Positions 8,160 to 17,680 of a stretch of DNA of 64,000 bases are shown in pieces. Numbering within the stretch: position 1 is the first letter of the stretch; each line of letters begins with the position of its first letter. The notes under the pieces are model-generated. The model had not been told where the DNA came from. It saw nothing but the letters and a program-made list of their open reading frames with translations, and searched no databases. This DNA is from an uncultured bacterium (GTDB taxonomy: Bacteria; Desulfobacterota; Desulfobaccia; Desulfobaccales; 0-14-0-80-60-11). The stretch spans positions 76,062 to 140,061 of the forward strand of contig CALEAV010000008.1 of the NCBI GenBank assembly GCA_937943575.1. Direction: 5' to 3'. The position numbers and the translations under genes were made by a program.

Positions 8160-10382
8160 ATGAGGCGATGCGTCAGCCTGTTACTGGTCATCCTTGCCGC
8201 CGGGGTGCTCAGCGCGGCGGTCACGGTGCCCCCGGAGATTCAGCAGCCGGGCACCCAGCCCAACGAGGTGAAGAACCTGGAATCCCCAAACCGCTGTGAC
8301 AACTGTCACGGCGGCTACAACCGGGCGGTGGAGCCCGCCTTCAACTGGCGGGGCAGCATGATGGCCAACGCCGGCCGGGACCCCCTCTTCTGGGCTACCC
8401 TGGCCATCGCCGAACAGGACTTTGACGGCGCCGGCGACCTCTGCATCCGCTGCCACAGCCCCGGGGGCTGGTACGGGGGCCGCTCCACCCCCACCGACGG
8501 CTCTGCCCTGATGGCCGGCGATGCCGACGGGGTGGACTGCGACACCTGCCACAAGATGACCAACCCCAACAACCGGGAGCACCGGGGGGTGATGAATCCC
8601 CCCTTCCTTGCCAACGATCAGCAGACCCCCGCCACCGGCTACTACGGCAGCGGCATGCTGTCCCTGTATGGCGGCAGCGCCAAGCTGGGGCCCTACTCTG
8701 ATGCCAGCGCCAAACATCAGTCCCTGGGCTCCCGCTTCCATCGGGAGGTGGATTTCTGCGGCTCCTGCCACGACGTCTCCAACCCGGCGGTGGGTGACCT
8801 GGCTCCCAACCACGGCGCCCAGGCCACCGCGGACCAGGTGGCCGCCAGCGGCATTCTGGGGGGGCCGCTCACCGACAAGGCCGCCTTCAGAAACTTCCCC
8901 TATCAGTACGGGATTGTGGAGCGCACTTACAGCGAGTTCATGGCCGGGGCCCTGTCCAAGACCCGCGTGTCAGAGTACAGCAGTTTGCCCGCCGATCTGC
9001 AGGCCGGGGCCATCCAGGCCGCCTATGAGGCCGCCAAGGGCGACTATGCCGACGGCACCCCCCGGTATTTCAGCTGTCAGACCTGCCATGTGCGGCCGGT
9101 CACCGGCCCGGGGTGCAACAAGGCCGGGGCCCCCGTCCGCACCGATCTCCCCCTGCATGACATGACCGGCGGCAACTACTGGACGCCGGAGGCCATCAAA
9201 TACCAGAACGTCCAAGGAACCCTGAGGCTGGGGGGCGGGCTCACCACCGTGCAGCTGGAGGCCCTGGACGCCGGGAAGCTCCGGGCCCGGCAGCAGCTCA
9301 ATTGGGCCGCCTCCCTCCTGGTGAGCGGAAACTCCGTCAGGATCACCAACCTCACCGGCCACAAGCTCATCTCCGGCTACCCCGAGGGCCGGCGCATGTG
9401 GCTGAACATCAGATGGTATGACGGTAACGGCACTCTTCTCCGGGAGGACGGGGAATACGGGGAGCTGGAGGTGTCTCTCCCGGGCTATCCCCCTCTCAGG
9501 GTAAAAACCATTCTGGACCCGGAGAACCCCAATACCAGAATCTATGAAGCCCACTACGCCATGACCAGGGAGTGGGCCCAAAATCTCCTCAACCTGGGAT
9601 ATTCACCCACTCTGCCCCTGAGCTTTGACCGGGAGACGGGCCAGGTGACCAAAACCCTGGGCGAACTGGCCACCGGCAGCGAGGATTACCACGAGACCTT
9701 CCACTTCGTGCTCAACAATTACGTGGCCAAGGACAACCGCATCCCACCTTACGGCTTCACCTATGAGGAGGCCCGTAAGCGCAACGCCCTGCCGGTGCCG
9801 CCGGACCGGTATCGGAATGCCGACGGCAGCTACCGGTATTGGGACGAGGTCAGCCTTAATCCCCCGGACGGGGCCGCCTCCGCCGAGATCCGGCTCCTCT
9901 ATCAGCCCACCAGCTGGGAGTATGTGCAGTTCCTCTACCTGGCCAACAGCGGCACCAACCCCTTCCTGGCCAATGAGGGGAGGAATCTTCTGGAGGCCTG
10001 GCTGAACACGGGGATGGCCGAGCCCTATGTCATGGCCAGCGCCACCTGGGGGACGCCGCCTTCACCCGGATGCACCGCTCCCGGTGCGCCCCAGAACCTG
10101 ACAGCCAGGGCCGGCAAGAAGAGCATCACCCTGAGCTGGCAGGCCGGCAGTCCCGCCCCCACCGGCGGCTACCGCATTTACTACACCCAGGCCGGCAAAC
10201 TGCAGTTTCGGGCCGGGGTGGGCCCTGGCACCCTCACCTACAAGGACAGCGGCCTCACCAGCCGGATGACCTACACCTATGTGGTCACCGCCTGGAATGA
10301 TTGCAACGGCAACGGCGTCTTTGATGCCGGGGTGGATCAGGAAAGCCAGGCCAGCAACCAGGCCTCCGCCACCGCCCAGTAG
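8160..10382 (+). CDS. Secreted pentaheme c-type cytochrome with C-terminal fibronectin type III-like domain
   Basis: Signal peptide MRRCVSLLLVILAAGVLSAA. Five CXXCH motifs (CDNCH, CIRCH, CDTCH, CGSCH, CQTCH). C-terminus APQNLTARAGKKSITLSWQAGSPAPTGGYRIYYT..YTYVVTAWN is FN3-like. Confidence 0.85.
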   Translation: MRRCVSLLLVILAAGVLSAAVTVPPEIQQPGTQPNEVKNLESPNRCDNCHGGYNRAVEPAFNWRGSMMANAGRDPLFWATLAIAEQDFDGAGDLCIRCHSPGGWYGGRSTPTDGSALMAGDADGVDCDTCHKMTNPNNREHRGVMNPPFLANDQQTPATGYYGSGMLSLYGGSAKLGPYSDASAKHQSLGSRFHREVDFCGSCHDVSNPAVGDLAPNHGAQATADQVAASGILGGPLTDKAAFRNFPYQYGIVERTYSEFMAGALSKTRVSEYSSLPADLQAGAIQAAYEAAKGDYADGTPRYFSCQTCHVRPVTGPGCNKAGAPVRTDLPLHDMTGGNYWTPEAIKYQNVQGTLRLGGGLTTVQLEALDAGKLRARQQLNWAASLLVSGNSVRITNLTGHKLISGYPEGRRMWLNIRWYDGNGTLLREDGEYGELEVSLPGYPPLRVKTILDPENPNTRIYEAHYAMTREWAQNLLNLGYSPTLPLSFDRETGQVTKTLGELATGSEDYHETFHFVLNNYVAKDNRIPPYGFTYEEARKRNALPVPPDRYRNADGSYRYWDEVSLNPPDGAASAEIRLLYQPTSWEYVQFLYLANSGTNPFLANEGRNLLEAWLNTGMAEPYVMASATWGTPPSPGCTAPGAPQNLTARAGKKSITLSWQAGSPAPTGGYRIYYTQAGKLQFRAGVGPGTLTYKDSGLTSRMTYTYVVTAWNDCNGNGVFDAGVDQESQASNQASATAQ

Positions 10383-10407
10383 CCCTGCGGATGGTGGGCC
10401 ATGTGCA

Positions 10408-10443
10408 GGGGTGGCCCCGATGCCGGGCCGCCCCTTTTTGTTT
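10408..10443 (+). terminator. Rho-independent terminator after the cytochrome gene
   Basis: GGGGTGGCCC (10408-10417) pairs with GGGCCGCCCC (10425-10434), with one G-U pair. It is followed by TTTTTGTTT. Confidence 0.7.
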
Positions 10444-10665
10444 CCGGCCTCACGGTCTCTCCCGCCAATTTTTCCCTTGTTCTGCGAGCTGGAAGAAATT
10501 ATAGTAAAAAGCTATGAAAACTAGATAATTTCCTCAATTCTGAAGGAGAGGGTGGGGGAAGGGAGGGGCCTCGACGCCCTGGCCCGCTCACTGCGCGAGC
10601 CGCTTTTCCCCGGCCTCCCAGGGCGAGGGGCGCAACCCTGATAGCTGCCGGAAAAGGACAAAGAC

Positions 10666-11973
10666 ATGAGACGATCTCCCTGGCTTGGCCTCAGCCTCTT
10701 GCTGACCCTGACGGTTCTGGTGGCGGCGTCCCTCGCCGGGCCGGGCAGCCTCCCGCCTGATCTGGAGGCCCTCATCGCCGAGGCCCAGGCCGCCAACCCG
10801 GAGATCCGGGAGCGGTCGGCCTTGGCGAAGGCGGCCCGGGAGCGCATCCGCCCTGCCGGCGCCCTGGACGACCCGGAGTTCGCCTTTGTCCTCAAGGATC
10901 TTCCCACCGACACGTGGGCCTTCAACCGGGACCCCATGACCCAGAAGATGGTGGAACTGAGCCAGAAGTTCCCTTTCCCGGGCAAGCGCCGCCTGCGCGC
11001 CGAGGTGGCGGCGGCGGAGGCGAAGGCCGAGGAGTGGGTTAAGCGGGACAAAGTCAACGAAATCCGCACCCGGGTGATCGCCGCCTACTGGAACCTGGCC
11101 TGGGCCCAGGCCTCCTATGACCTCACCGCCAAAAGCAAAGGCCTCTGGGAGCAGGTGGTGCGGGTGGCGGAGACCCGCTACGGGGTGGGGCAGGGCACCC
11201 AGACCGAGGTGCTGCAGGCCCAGGTGGAGCTGGGGAGCTACCTGGACAAGCTCCTCACCTGGCAGCAGCGGCAGGAATCCTGGCGGGCGGTGCTCAACTC
11301 CCTGCGGAACCGGCCGCCGGAGGAGCCCCTTCCCCGGCCCCGGGCGCCCTCCCCCCGCCCCTTCACCCTGACAGCCCCCCGGATCCTGGAAGCCGCCCTG
11401 GAGCGGCCGCAGCTGCAGGCCCTGAAGGCCCAGATCCTGAAGCAGGAAAAGGCCCGGGAGCTGGCCCGCAAGGACTATTACCCGGATGTCACCCTGGGGG
11501 TGGCCTACGGCTTCAAGGAGCGCCTCCGGGGGCCTTTGGCGGAGATGAACAACCCCGACATGTTTTCGGCCAAGATCATGGTGAACCTGCCCATCTGGGT
11601 GGGGGACAAGATCAAACCCCGCCTCAGGGAGGAGGAGGCCCGCCAAAGCGCCGCCCAAGAGGCGCATCAGGCCGCCTGGACCACCCTGCAGGCCGCAGTC
11701 CAGGACCGGGTGGCCAGGCTGGAGCGCCTCTCCCGCCAGATCCGGCTCTATGACCAGGGGCTCCTCCCCCAGGCCCGGCAGGCGGCGGACGGGGCCCTGG
11801 CGGCCTACCAGACCGGGATGGTGAGCTTTCAGCAGTTGCACCAGAGCCAGATTGCCGCCTACAGTGCCGAGCTGACGCTTGTGGAGTATCTCAGGGACTT
11901 TGAGGAGACCTGGGCGGAGCTGGAGTTCCTGGCGGGCCGGGAGCTCCCCCGCCAGGGCGGGGGGCGGCCATGA
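10666..11973 (+). CDS. cusC: TolC-family outer membrane efflux protein (CusC-like)
   Basis: 435 aa with a signal peptide and the two-repeat TolC pattern (LIAEAQAANPEIRE.. / ..LEAALERPQLQALKAQI). It is the first gene of a C-B-A operon, and its stop overlaps the next start (ATGA). Confidence 0.8.
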   Translation: MRRSPWLGLSLLLTLTVLVAASLAGPGSLPPDLEALIAEAQAANPEIRERSALAKAARERIRPAGALDDPEFAFVLKDLPTDTWAFNRDPMTQKMVELSQKFPFPGKRRLRAEVAAAEAKAEEWVKRDKVNEIRTRVIAAYWNLAWAQASYDLTAKSKGLWEQVVRVAETRYGVGQGTQTEVLQAQVELGSYLDKLLTWQQRQESWRAVLNSLRNRPPEEPLPRPRAPSPRPFTLTAPRILEAALERPQLQALKAQILKQEKARELARKDYYPDVTLGVAYGFKERLRGPLAEMNNPDMFSAKIMVNLPIWVGDKIKPRLREEEARQSAAQEAHQAAWTTLQAAVQDRVARLERLSRQIRLYDQGLLPQARQAADGALAAYQTGMVSFQQLHQSQIAAYSAELTLVEYLRDFEETWAELEFLAGRELPRQGGGRP

Positions 11974-13562
11974 GAGGGGCCCGGGCCCTTGTCCTCGGCC
12001 TCCTTAGCGGCGTCGGCCTCAGCCTGGCGGCCCTCGGGGTGCTTTATCTGAAGGGGTATCACTTCATGGCCCCCCATGCCCCTGGCCCCACCCAGCCTGC
12101 GGCGGCCAGGCCCCTGTGCTATGTCTCCCCCGCGGATCCGGGCTACATCCGCTTTGCGCCGGGGAAGGACGACCAAGGCCGGGAGCTGGTGCCGGTATTT
12201 CCGGTGGCGCCCGGGGCCGCCCCCTCCCCCCGGGCGGTGCGCTACTGGGTGAGCCCCATGGACCCCCGCTACATCTCCGACAAGCCCGGCAAGGATCCCA
12301 TGGGGCATGAGCTGGTGCCGGTGTACGGGGAGCCGGCCACGCCCCCTGCCCCGACCCCAGCCAAGGAGCGCAAGGTCAAGTACTGGGTCTCCCCCATGGA
12401 CCCGGGGTATGTCAGCGACCGGCCCGGCAAGGCCCCCTGCGGCATGGATTTGGTGCCGGTCTACGAGGACGAGGCCGGCACCGCCGGGGAAGGGGTCATC
12501 GTGGTGGACCCCGGCATGCTCCAGTCCATGGGGGTGCGGACCGCCACGGTAGAGGAGAGGCCCCTGCACCGCCGCATCCGGGCGGTGGGCCGGGTCACGG
12601 TGGATGAGGGGCGCCTCTTCCAGGTGACCACCAAGGTCGGCGGCTGGGTGGAGCGGCTCCATGTCCGGGCCGAGGGCGACCCGGTGCGGAAGGGCCAGCC
12701 CCTTCTGAGCCTGTACAGCCCCGAGCTGGTGAGCGCCCAGCGGGAGCTGGTGTTAGCCAGGGACAACTTACGGGCCCTGGAGAAAAGCGATTTTCCGGAG
12801 CTTATGGAGAGCGGCCGGCGCCTGTTCGAGGCGGCCCGGGCCCGGCTGGCCAACTGGGACATCCCGGCCGGCCAGATCGAGGAGCTGCTCCGCACCGGCA
12901 GCGTCAAGCGGGAGCTCACCCTCAAGGCCCCGGTGAGCGGCGTGGTGCTCCGGCGCCTGGTGACCCGGGGGCAGATGGTGCAGCCCGGCATGCCGCTTCT
13001 GGAGGTGGCCGATCTCGGCACGGTCTGGGTGGAAGGGGAGATTTATGAATACGAGCTCCCCTGGGTGCAGGTGGGCCAGCATGCCCATATCACCCTGAGC
13101 TCTCTGCCGGGCGAGACCTATCACGGCCAGGTGGACTACCTCTATCCCGTCCTCAAAAGCGACACCCGCACCGCCCGGGTGCGGCTGGTGGTGCCCAACC
13201 CGGGGCTGAAACTCAAGCCGGAGATGTTCGCCCAGGTGGAGGTGGTGGCGCCGGCCAGGCCCCGGGCGGTGGTGGTGCCCCGGGAGGCGGTGCTGGACAC
13301 CGGCGAGCGCCAGCATGTCTTTGTGGCCCTGGGCCAGGGGCGGTTTGCGCCCCGGGCGGTGAAGCTGGGCCTGGAGGGCCAGGAGGGCCTGGTGGAGATC
13401 ACCGGGGGCCTGGCCCCCGGCGAGCAGGTGGTCACTTCGGCCCAGTTCCTCCTGGACTCGGAGTCCCGCTTCCGGGAGGCCATCGCCGGCATGCTCAAGG
13501 CCGGGGAGAGACGGGAAGGGGAGGCCCCGGCCCCCATGCCTCCGGGTCATCACCACCATTGA
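11970..13562 (+). CDS. cusB: RND efflux periplasmic adaptor (CusB-like) with three tandem N-terminal HMBD-like repeats and a His tail
   Basis: Membrane-fusion core (..VDPGMLQSMGVRTATVEERPL..GGWVERLHV..GQPLLSLYSPELVSAQ..). N-terminal repeats YWVSPMDP.Y.SD.PGK.P.G..LVPVY occur 3 times. The C-terminus is PPGHHHH. Confidence 0.85.
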   Translation: MRGARALVLGLLSGVGLSLAALGVLYLKGYHFMAPHAPGPTQPAAARPLCYVSPADPGYIRFAPGKDDQGRELVPVFPVAPGAAPSPRAVRYWVSPMDPRYISDKPGKDPMGHELVPVYGEPATPPAPTPAKERKVKYWVSPMDPGYVSDRPGKAPCGMDLVPVYEDEAGTAGEGVIVVDPGMLQSMGVRTATVEERPLHRRIRAVGRVTVDEGRLFQVTTKVGGWVERLHVRAEGDPVRKGQPLLSLYSPELVSAQRELVLARDNLRALEKSDFPELMESGRRLFEAARARLANWDIPAGQIEELLRTGSVKRELTLKAPVSGVVLRRLVTRGQMVQPGMPLLEVADLGTVWVEGEIYEYELPWVQVGQHAHITLSSLPGETYHGQVDYLYPVLKSDTRTARVRLVVPNPGLKLKPEMFAQVEVVAPARPRAVVVPREAVLDTGERQHVFVALGQGRFAPRAVKLGLEGQEGLVEITGGLAPGEQVVTSAQFLLDSESRFREAIAGMLKAGERREGEAPAPMPPGHHHH

Positions 13563-13624
13563 CGGCACCCGGAATCAGTCCCTTTCTCCGACGCCAAAGC
13601 GTCATATGAGGACAGATTGCGCTC

Positions 13625-16600
13625 ATGATCGCCCGCGTCATTGAGCTCTGCGTTCGCCACCGGGGTCTGGTGCTCCTGGTCTGGCTGGCCGTCACCGCCT
13701 GGGGCGTGTATTGCATGTCCCGCCTGCCGGTGGACGCCATCCCGGACCTCTCCGATGTGCAGGTGATCATCCGCACCGAGTGGCCGGAGCAGGCCCCCCA
13801 GGTGGTGGAGGACCAGGTCACCTATCCCCTGAGCACCGCCATGCTGGCCGTGCCCCGGGCCCAGGCGGTGAGGGGTTACTCCTCCTTCGGCTACTCCCTG
13901 GTCTACATCATCTTTGAGGACGGCACGGACATCTACTGGGCCCGCTCCCGGGTGCTGGAGTATCTCAATGTGGTGCGGGGCAGGCTGCCTGCGGGGGTCT
14001 CCCCCCAGCTGGGCCCCGACGCCACCGGGGTGGGGTGGGTCTACCAGTACGTCCTGGAGGATCGCAGCGGCCGCCACGATCTGGCGCAGCTGCGGAGCCT
14101 CCAGGACTGGTATCTGCGCTACCAGCTGCAGGCCGTGCCCGGGGTGGCCGAGGTGGCCTCGGTGGGGGGCTTTGTCAGGCAGTATCAGGTGGTGGTGGAC
14201 CCCAACCGGCTGGCCGCCTACAATATCCCCCTGGCCCGCCTCCGGGAGGCCATCCAGCGGGCCAACCAGGACACCGGCGGCCGGGTGGTGGAGATGGCCG
14301 AAACCGAGTACATGGTGCGGGCCCGGGGCTATCTTCGCACGCTGCAGGACGTGGAAAACATCGTGGTGGCCGCCGACCCCCGAGGGACGCCCCTCAGGGT
14401 GAAGGACCTGGGCCTGGTGCGCCCGGGGCCGGAGCTGCGGCGGGGCATCGCTGAGGCCAACGGCCAGGGCGAGGTGGTGGGGGGTATTGTGGTCATGCGC
14501 CACGGGGAGAACGCCCGGGCCGTCATCCAGGCGGTCAAGGCCCGGCTGGCGGAGCTCAAGGCCGGCCTGCCCCCGGGAGTGGAGCTGGTCACCGCCTACG
14601 ACCGCTCCGGGCTCATTGAGCGGGCCATCGACACCCTCCGACGGGCCATCCTGGAGGAGATCATCATCGTGGCCCTCATCACCGTGGTCTTCCTCCTGCA
14701 CCTGCGCAGCGCCTTCGTGGCCGTCATCGCCCTCCCCCTGGGGGTGCTCATCTCCTTTATCCTGCAATACCACTTCCACATCACCGCCAACATCCTCTCC
14801 CTGGCCGGCATCGCCATCGCCATCGGCGACATGGTGGACGCCTCCATGGTGATGGTGGAAAACGCCCACAAAAAGCTGGAGGCCCTGCCGCCGGGGGGCG
14901 ACCGCACCCCCATCCTCCTGGAGGCGGCCAAGGAGGTGGGGCCGTCCCTGTTTTTCTCCCTGCTGGTGCTCACCGTTTCCTTCATCCCCATCTTCGCCCT
15001 GCAGGGCGAAAGCGGCCGTCTGTTCCGGCCCCTGGCCTTCACCAAGACCTTCGCCATGGCCGGGGCCTCGGTTTTGGCCATCACCCTCATCCCCATCCTG
15101 ATGGTGTATTTCATCCGGGGGCGCATTCCCCGGGAGGAGAGCAACCCCTTCTCCCGGGCGGCCCAGTTCCTCTACCGGCCGGTGCTCCATCTCACCCTGC
15201 GCTTCCCCAAGACCGCCATCCTTCTGGCCCTGGTGGTGCTGGCCCTGAGCCTCTACCCCCTCACCCGCCTGGGGAGCGAGTTCATGCCGCCCCTGGATGA
15301 GGGCGATCTCCTCTACATGCCCACCACCATGCCGGGGATCTCGGTGACCAAGGCCCGGGAGCTGTTGCAGCAGACGGACCGCATCATCAAGACCTTCCCG
15401 GAAGTGGAGTATGTCTTCGGCAAGGTGGGCCGGGCGGACACCGCCACCGATCCGGCCCCCTTGAGCATGATCGAGACCACCATCAGGCTGAAGCCCCGGG
15501 CGGAGTGGCGGCCGGGTTATGACACTGAGCGCCTCATCCGGGAGCTGGACCGGGCGGTGCGCTTCCCCGGCTTGGCCAATTCCTGGGGCTATCCCATCAA
15601 AATCCGCCTGGACATGCTCTCCACCGGCATGAAGACTCCGGTGGGCCTGAAGCTCATGGGCGCCGATCTGGCCGTCCTCAGCCGCCTGGCTGCTGAGGCC
15701 GAGGCGGTCTTCCGGTCGCTCCCCGGCACCGCCAGCGTCTTTGCGGAGCGGCCCCTGGGCGGCTACTACCTGGAGGTGGACATCAACCGTCCGGAGGCGG
15801 CCCGCTACGGCCTCAACGTGGGGGACATCCAGGACGTCATCGCCACCGGGCTGGGGGGCATGGCCATCACCCAGACGGTGGAGGGCCTGGAACGCTATCC
15901 CGTCAACCTGCGCTACTTCCAGGACTACCGGGACAATCTCCCGGCCCTGCGGCGCCTGCTCCTCCCCACGCCCACCGGCGCCCAGATCCCCCTGGGGCAG
16001 GTGGCGGAGCTCACCATCCGCCAGGGGCCCGACATGATCAAGAGCGAAGGCGGCCGCCCCTCGGTCTGGGTCTACGTGGACCTCCGGGACATTGACCTGG
16101 GCACCTATGTCTCCCGGGCCAAGGAGGCCATCCGGGAGAAGCTCGCGCTCCCCCCGGGCTACAGCCTGGCCTGGAGCGGCCAATACGAGTATCTGGAGCG
16201 GGCCCGGGAGAGGTTGTATGTCCTTGTCCCCATCACCCTGGCCCTGATTGTCGTCCTCATGTACCTGGCCACCTTCTCCCTCACCAAGGTGGTGATCATC
16301 ATCCTCTCCCTGCCCTTCTCCGTGGTGGGGGCCATCTGGCTCCTGTATCTCCTGGATTACAACCTCAGTCTGGGGGTGGTGGTGGGGATCATCGCCCTCC
16401 TGGGACTGGACGCCGAAACCGGGGTGGTGATGCTCCTCTACCAGGACCTGGTCTATGAGGAGCGCCGCCGCCAGGGGCGCCTGAACTCCTGGGAGGACCT
16501 CACCGAGGCAGTCAGGGAGGGCGCGCTGATGCGCCTCCGGCCCAAGCTCATGACGGTGCTGGCCAACCTGGTGGGCCTCATGCCCCTTATGTGGGCCACC

Positions 16601-16768
16601 GGCACCGGCGCCGAGGTGGCCAAGCGCATCGCCGCACCCATGGTGGGCGGGGTCACCACCTCCTTTCTCCTGGAGCTCCTCATCTACCCGGCGGTGTATC
16701 TCCTGTGGAAATGGCAGGCGGAGGTGAAGCATCTGGCAGGGGCCGGCCCGGGGCAGGGAGCCGGTTGA
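13625..16768 (+). CDS. cusA: CusA/CzcA-family heavy-metal efflux RND permease
   Basis: 1047 aa. N-terminus MIARVIELCVRHRGLVLLVWLAVTAWGVYCMSRLPVDAIPDLSDVQVII is typical of HME-RND pumps. 12-TM architecture. Confidence 0.9.
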   Translation: MIARVIELCVRHRGLVLLVWLAVTAWGVYCMSRLPVDAIPDLSDVQVIIRTEWPEQAPQVVEDQVTYPLSTAMLAVPRAQAVRGYSSFGYSLVYIIFEDGTDIYWARSRVLEYLNVVRGRLPAGVSPQLGPDATGVGWVYQYVLEDRSGRHDLAQLRSLQDWYLRYQLQAVPGVAEVASVGGFVRQYQVVVDPNRLAAYNIPLARLREAIQRANQDTGGRVVEMAETEYMVRARGYLRTLQDVENIVVAADPRGTPLRVKDLGLVRPGPELRRGIAEANGQGEVVGGIVVMRHGENARAVIQAVKARLAELKAGLPPGVELVTAYDRSGLIERAIDTLRRAILEEIIIVALITVVFLLHLRSAFVAVIALPLGVLISFILQYHFHITANILSLAGIAIAIGDMVDASMVMVENAHKKLEALPPGGDRTPILLEAAKEVGPSLFFSLLVLTVSFIPIFALQGESGRLFRPLAFTKTFAMAGASVLAITLIPILMVYFIRGRIPREESNPFSRAAQFLYRPVLHLTLRFPKTAILLALVVLALSLYPLTRLGSEFMPPLDEGDLLYMPTTMPGISVTKARELLQQTDRIIKTFPEVEYVFGKVGRADTATDPAPLSMIETTIRLKPRAEWRPGYDTERLIRELDRAVRFPGLANSWGYPIKIRLDMLSTGMKTPVGLKLMGADLAVLSRLAAEAEAVFRSLPGTASVFAERPLGGYYLEVDINRPEAARYGLNVGDIQDVIATGLGGMAITQTVEGLERYPVNLRYFQDYRDNLPALRRLLLPTPTGAQIPLGQVAELTIRQGPDMIKSEGGRPSVWVYVDLRDIDLGTYVSRAKEAIREKLALPPGYSLAWSGQYEYLERARERLYVLVPITLALIVVLMYLATFSLTKVVIIILSLPFSVVGAIWLLYLLDYNLSLGVVVGIIALLGLDAETGVVMLLYQDLVYEERRRQGRLNSWEDLTEAVREGALMRLRPKLMTVLANLVGLMPLMWATGTGAEVAKRIAAPMVGGVTTSFLLELLIYPAVYLLWKWQAEVKHLAGAGPGQGAG

Positions 16769-16896
16769 GATCGGCGCTTATGGGGCAGGATGAGGTGGGA
16801 GGTTGCGGTTCCTGGTGGGGTGGAGCTGGGGAGGGCCGGCCCCGGAAAATCCGCCTTGTCCGAAGCCTCCGGGGACCGTCCCTTACGTGATGGCTC

Positions 16897-17619
16897 TCAC
16901 CTGCTTTCCAGGGCGCGCCGAATCTCCTCCACCACCCGGGCGGCGGCTTCCCGGGGGTTCGCCGCCAGGCGGATGGGCCGGCCCACCACGATATAGTCCG
17001 CCCCGGCCTGGATGGCTTCGGTGGGGGTGGTGATCCGCCGCTGGTCATCCCCCGGCACCGTGGCCCAGGCTGGCCGGATGGCAGGACAGACCACCAGGAA
17101 ATCCGGGCCGAAGTGTTCTTTGACCGCTCTGGCTTCGCTGCCGGCGCACACCACCCCGTCGCACCCGGCCTCCTTGGCCAGTTTGGCCCGCAACAGCACC
17201 AGGCGGGAGGGGTCCCGGGCATATTCCGGGGCAAAGCCCATGGCTTCCAGATCCTCCGGGCCCAGGTGGGTGAGCACGGTGATCCCCAGAATCTTGACCC
17301 CATTTTTCAATCCCTCGATATTGGCCTTCAGGTGCCGCAGACCCTGGTCCACATGCACGGTGGCCAGCCGGGCGCCTTTCATAATTTTGGCGTAGGCCCC
17401 CAGGACTGTGGCCGGAATGTCATGGAATTTCAGGTCCAGAAAATACTCCACTCCCGCCTCATCGGCCATGAACTGCAGAAATTGGGGGCCTTCGGCCATG
17501 AAGAGCTCCAGCCCCACTTTGAAAAGGCCAACCGTGTCCTTCAGGAGCTCAATGAACCGTTTGGCCTCGTCTTTGTTGGGCACATCCAGGGGAAAAATCA
17601 GGCGGTCTCTGGGGTCCAT
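16897..17619 (-). CDS. pyrF: Orotidine 5'-phosphate decarboxylase
   Basis: 240 aa. Motifs LIFPLDV, FKVGLELF, FLDLKFHDIPATV and a ..VVGRPI.. C-terminal motif. Confidence 0.9.
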   Translation of the reverse strand: MDPRDRLIFPLDVPNKDEAKRFIELLKDTVGLFKVGLELFMAEGPQFLQFMADEAGVEYFLDLKFHDIPATVLGAYAKIMKGARLATVHVDQGLRHLKANIEGLKNGVKILGITVLTHLGPEDLEAMGFAPEYARDPSRLVLLRAKLAKEAGCDGVVCAGSEARAVKEHFGPDFLVVCPAIRPAWATVPGDDQRRITTPTEAIQAGADYIVVGRPIRLAANPREAAARVVEEIRRALESR

Positions 17620-17650
17620 GAGATATCGTCACATCCGGAGATTTCAGGGG

Positions 17651-17680
17651 ATTATATCATCTTTGTGCCAGAGTTCTCAA
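17651..17680 (-). promoter_or_regulatory. Putative sigma-70 promoter for pyrF (TTGAGA-18-TATAAT on the minus strand)
   Basis: On the plus strand, ATTATA at 17651-17656 and TCTCAA at 17675-17680. About 30 nt upstream of the pyrF ATG (17619). Confidence 0.45.
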
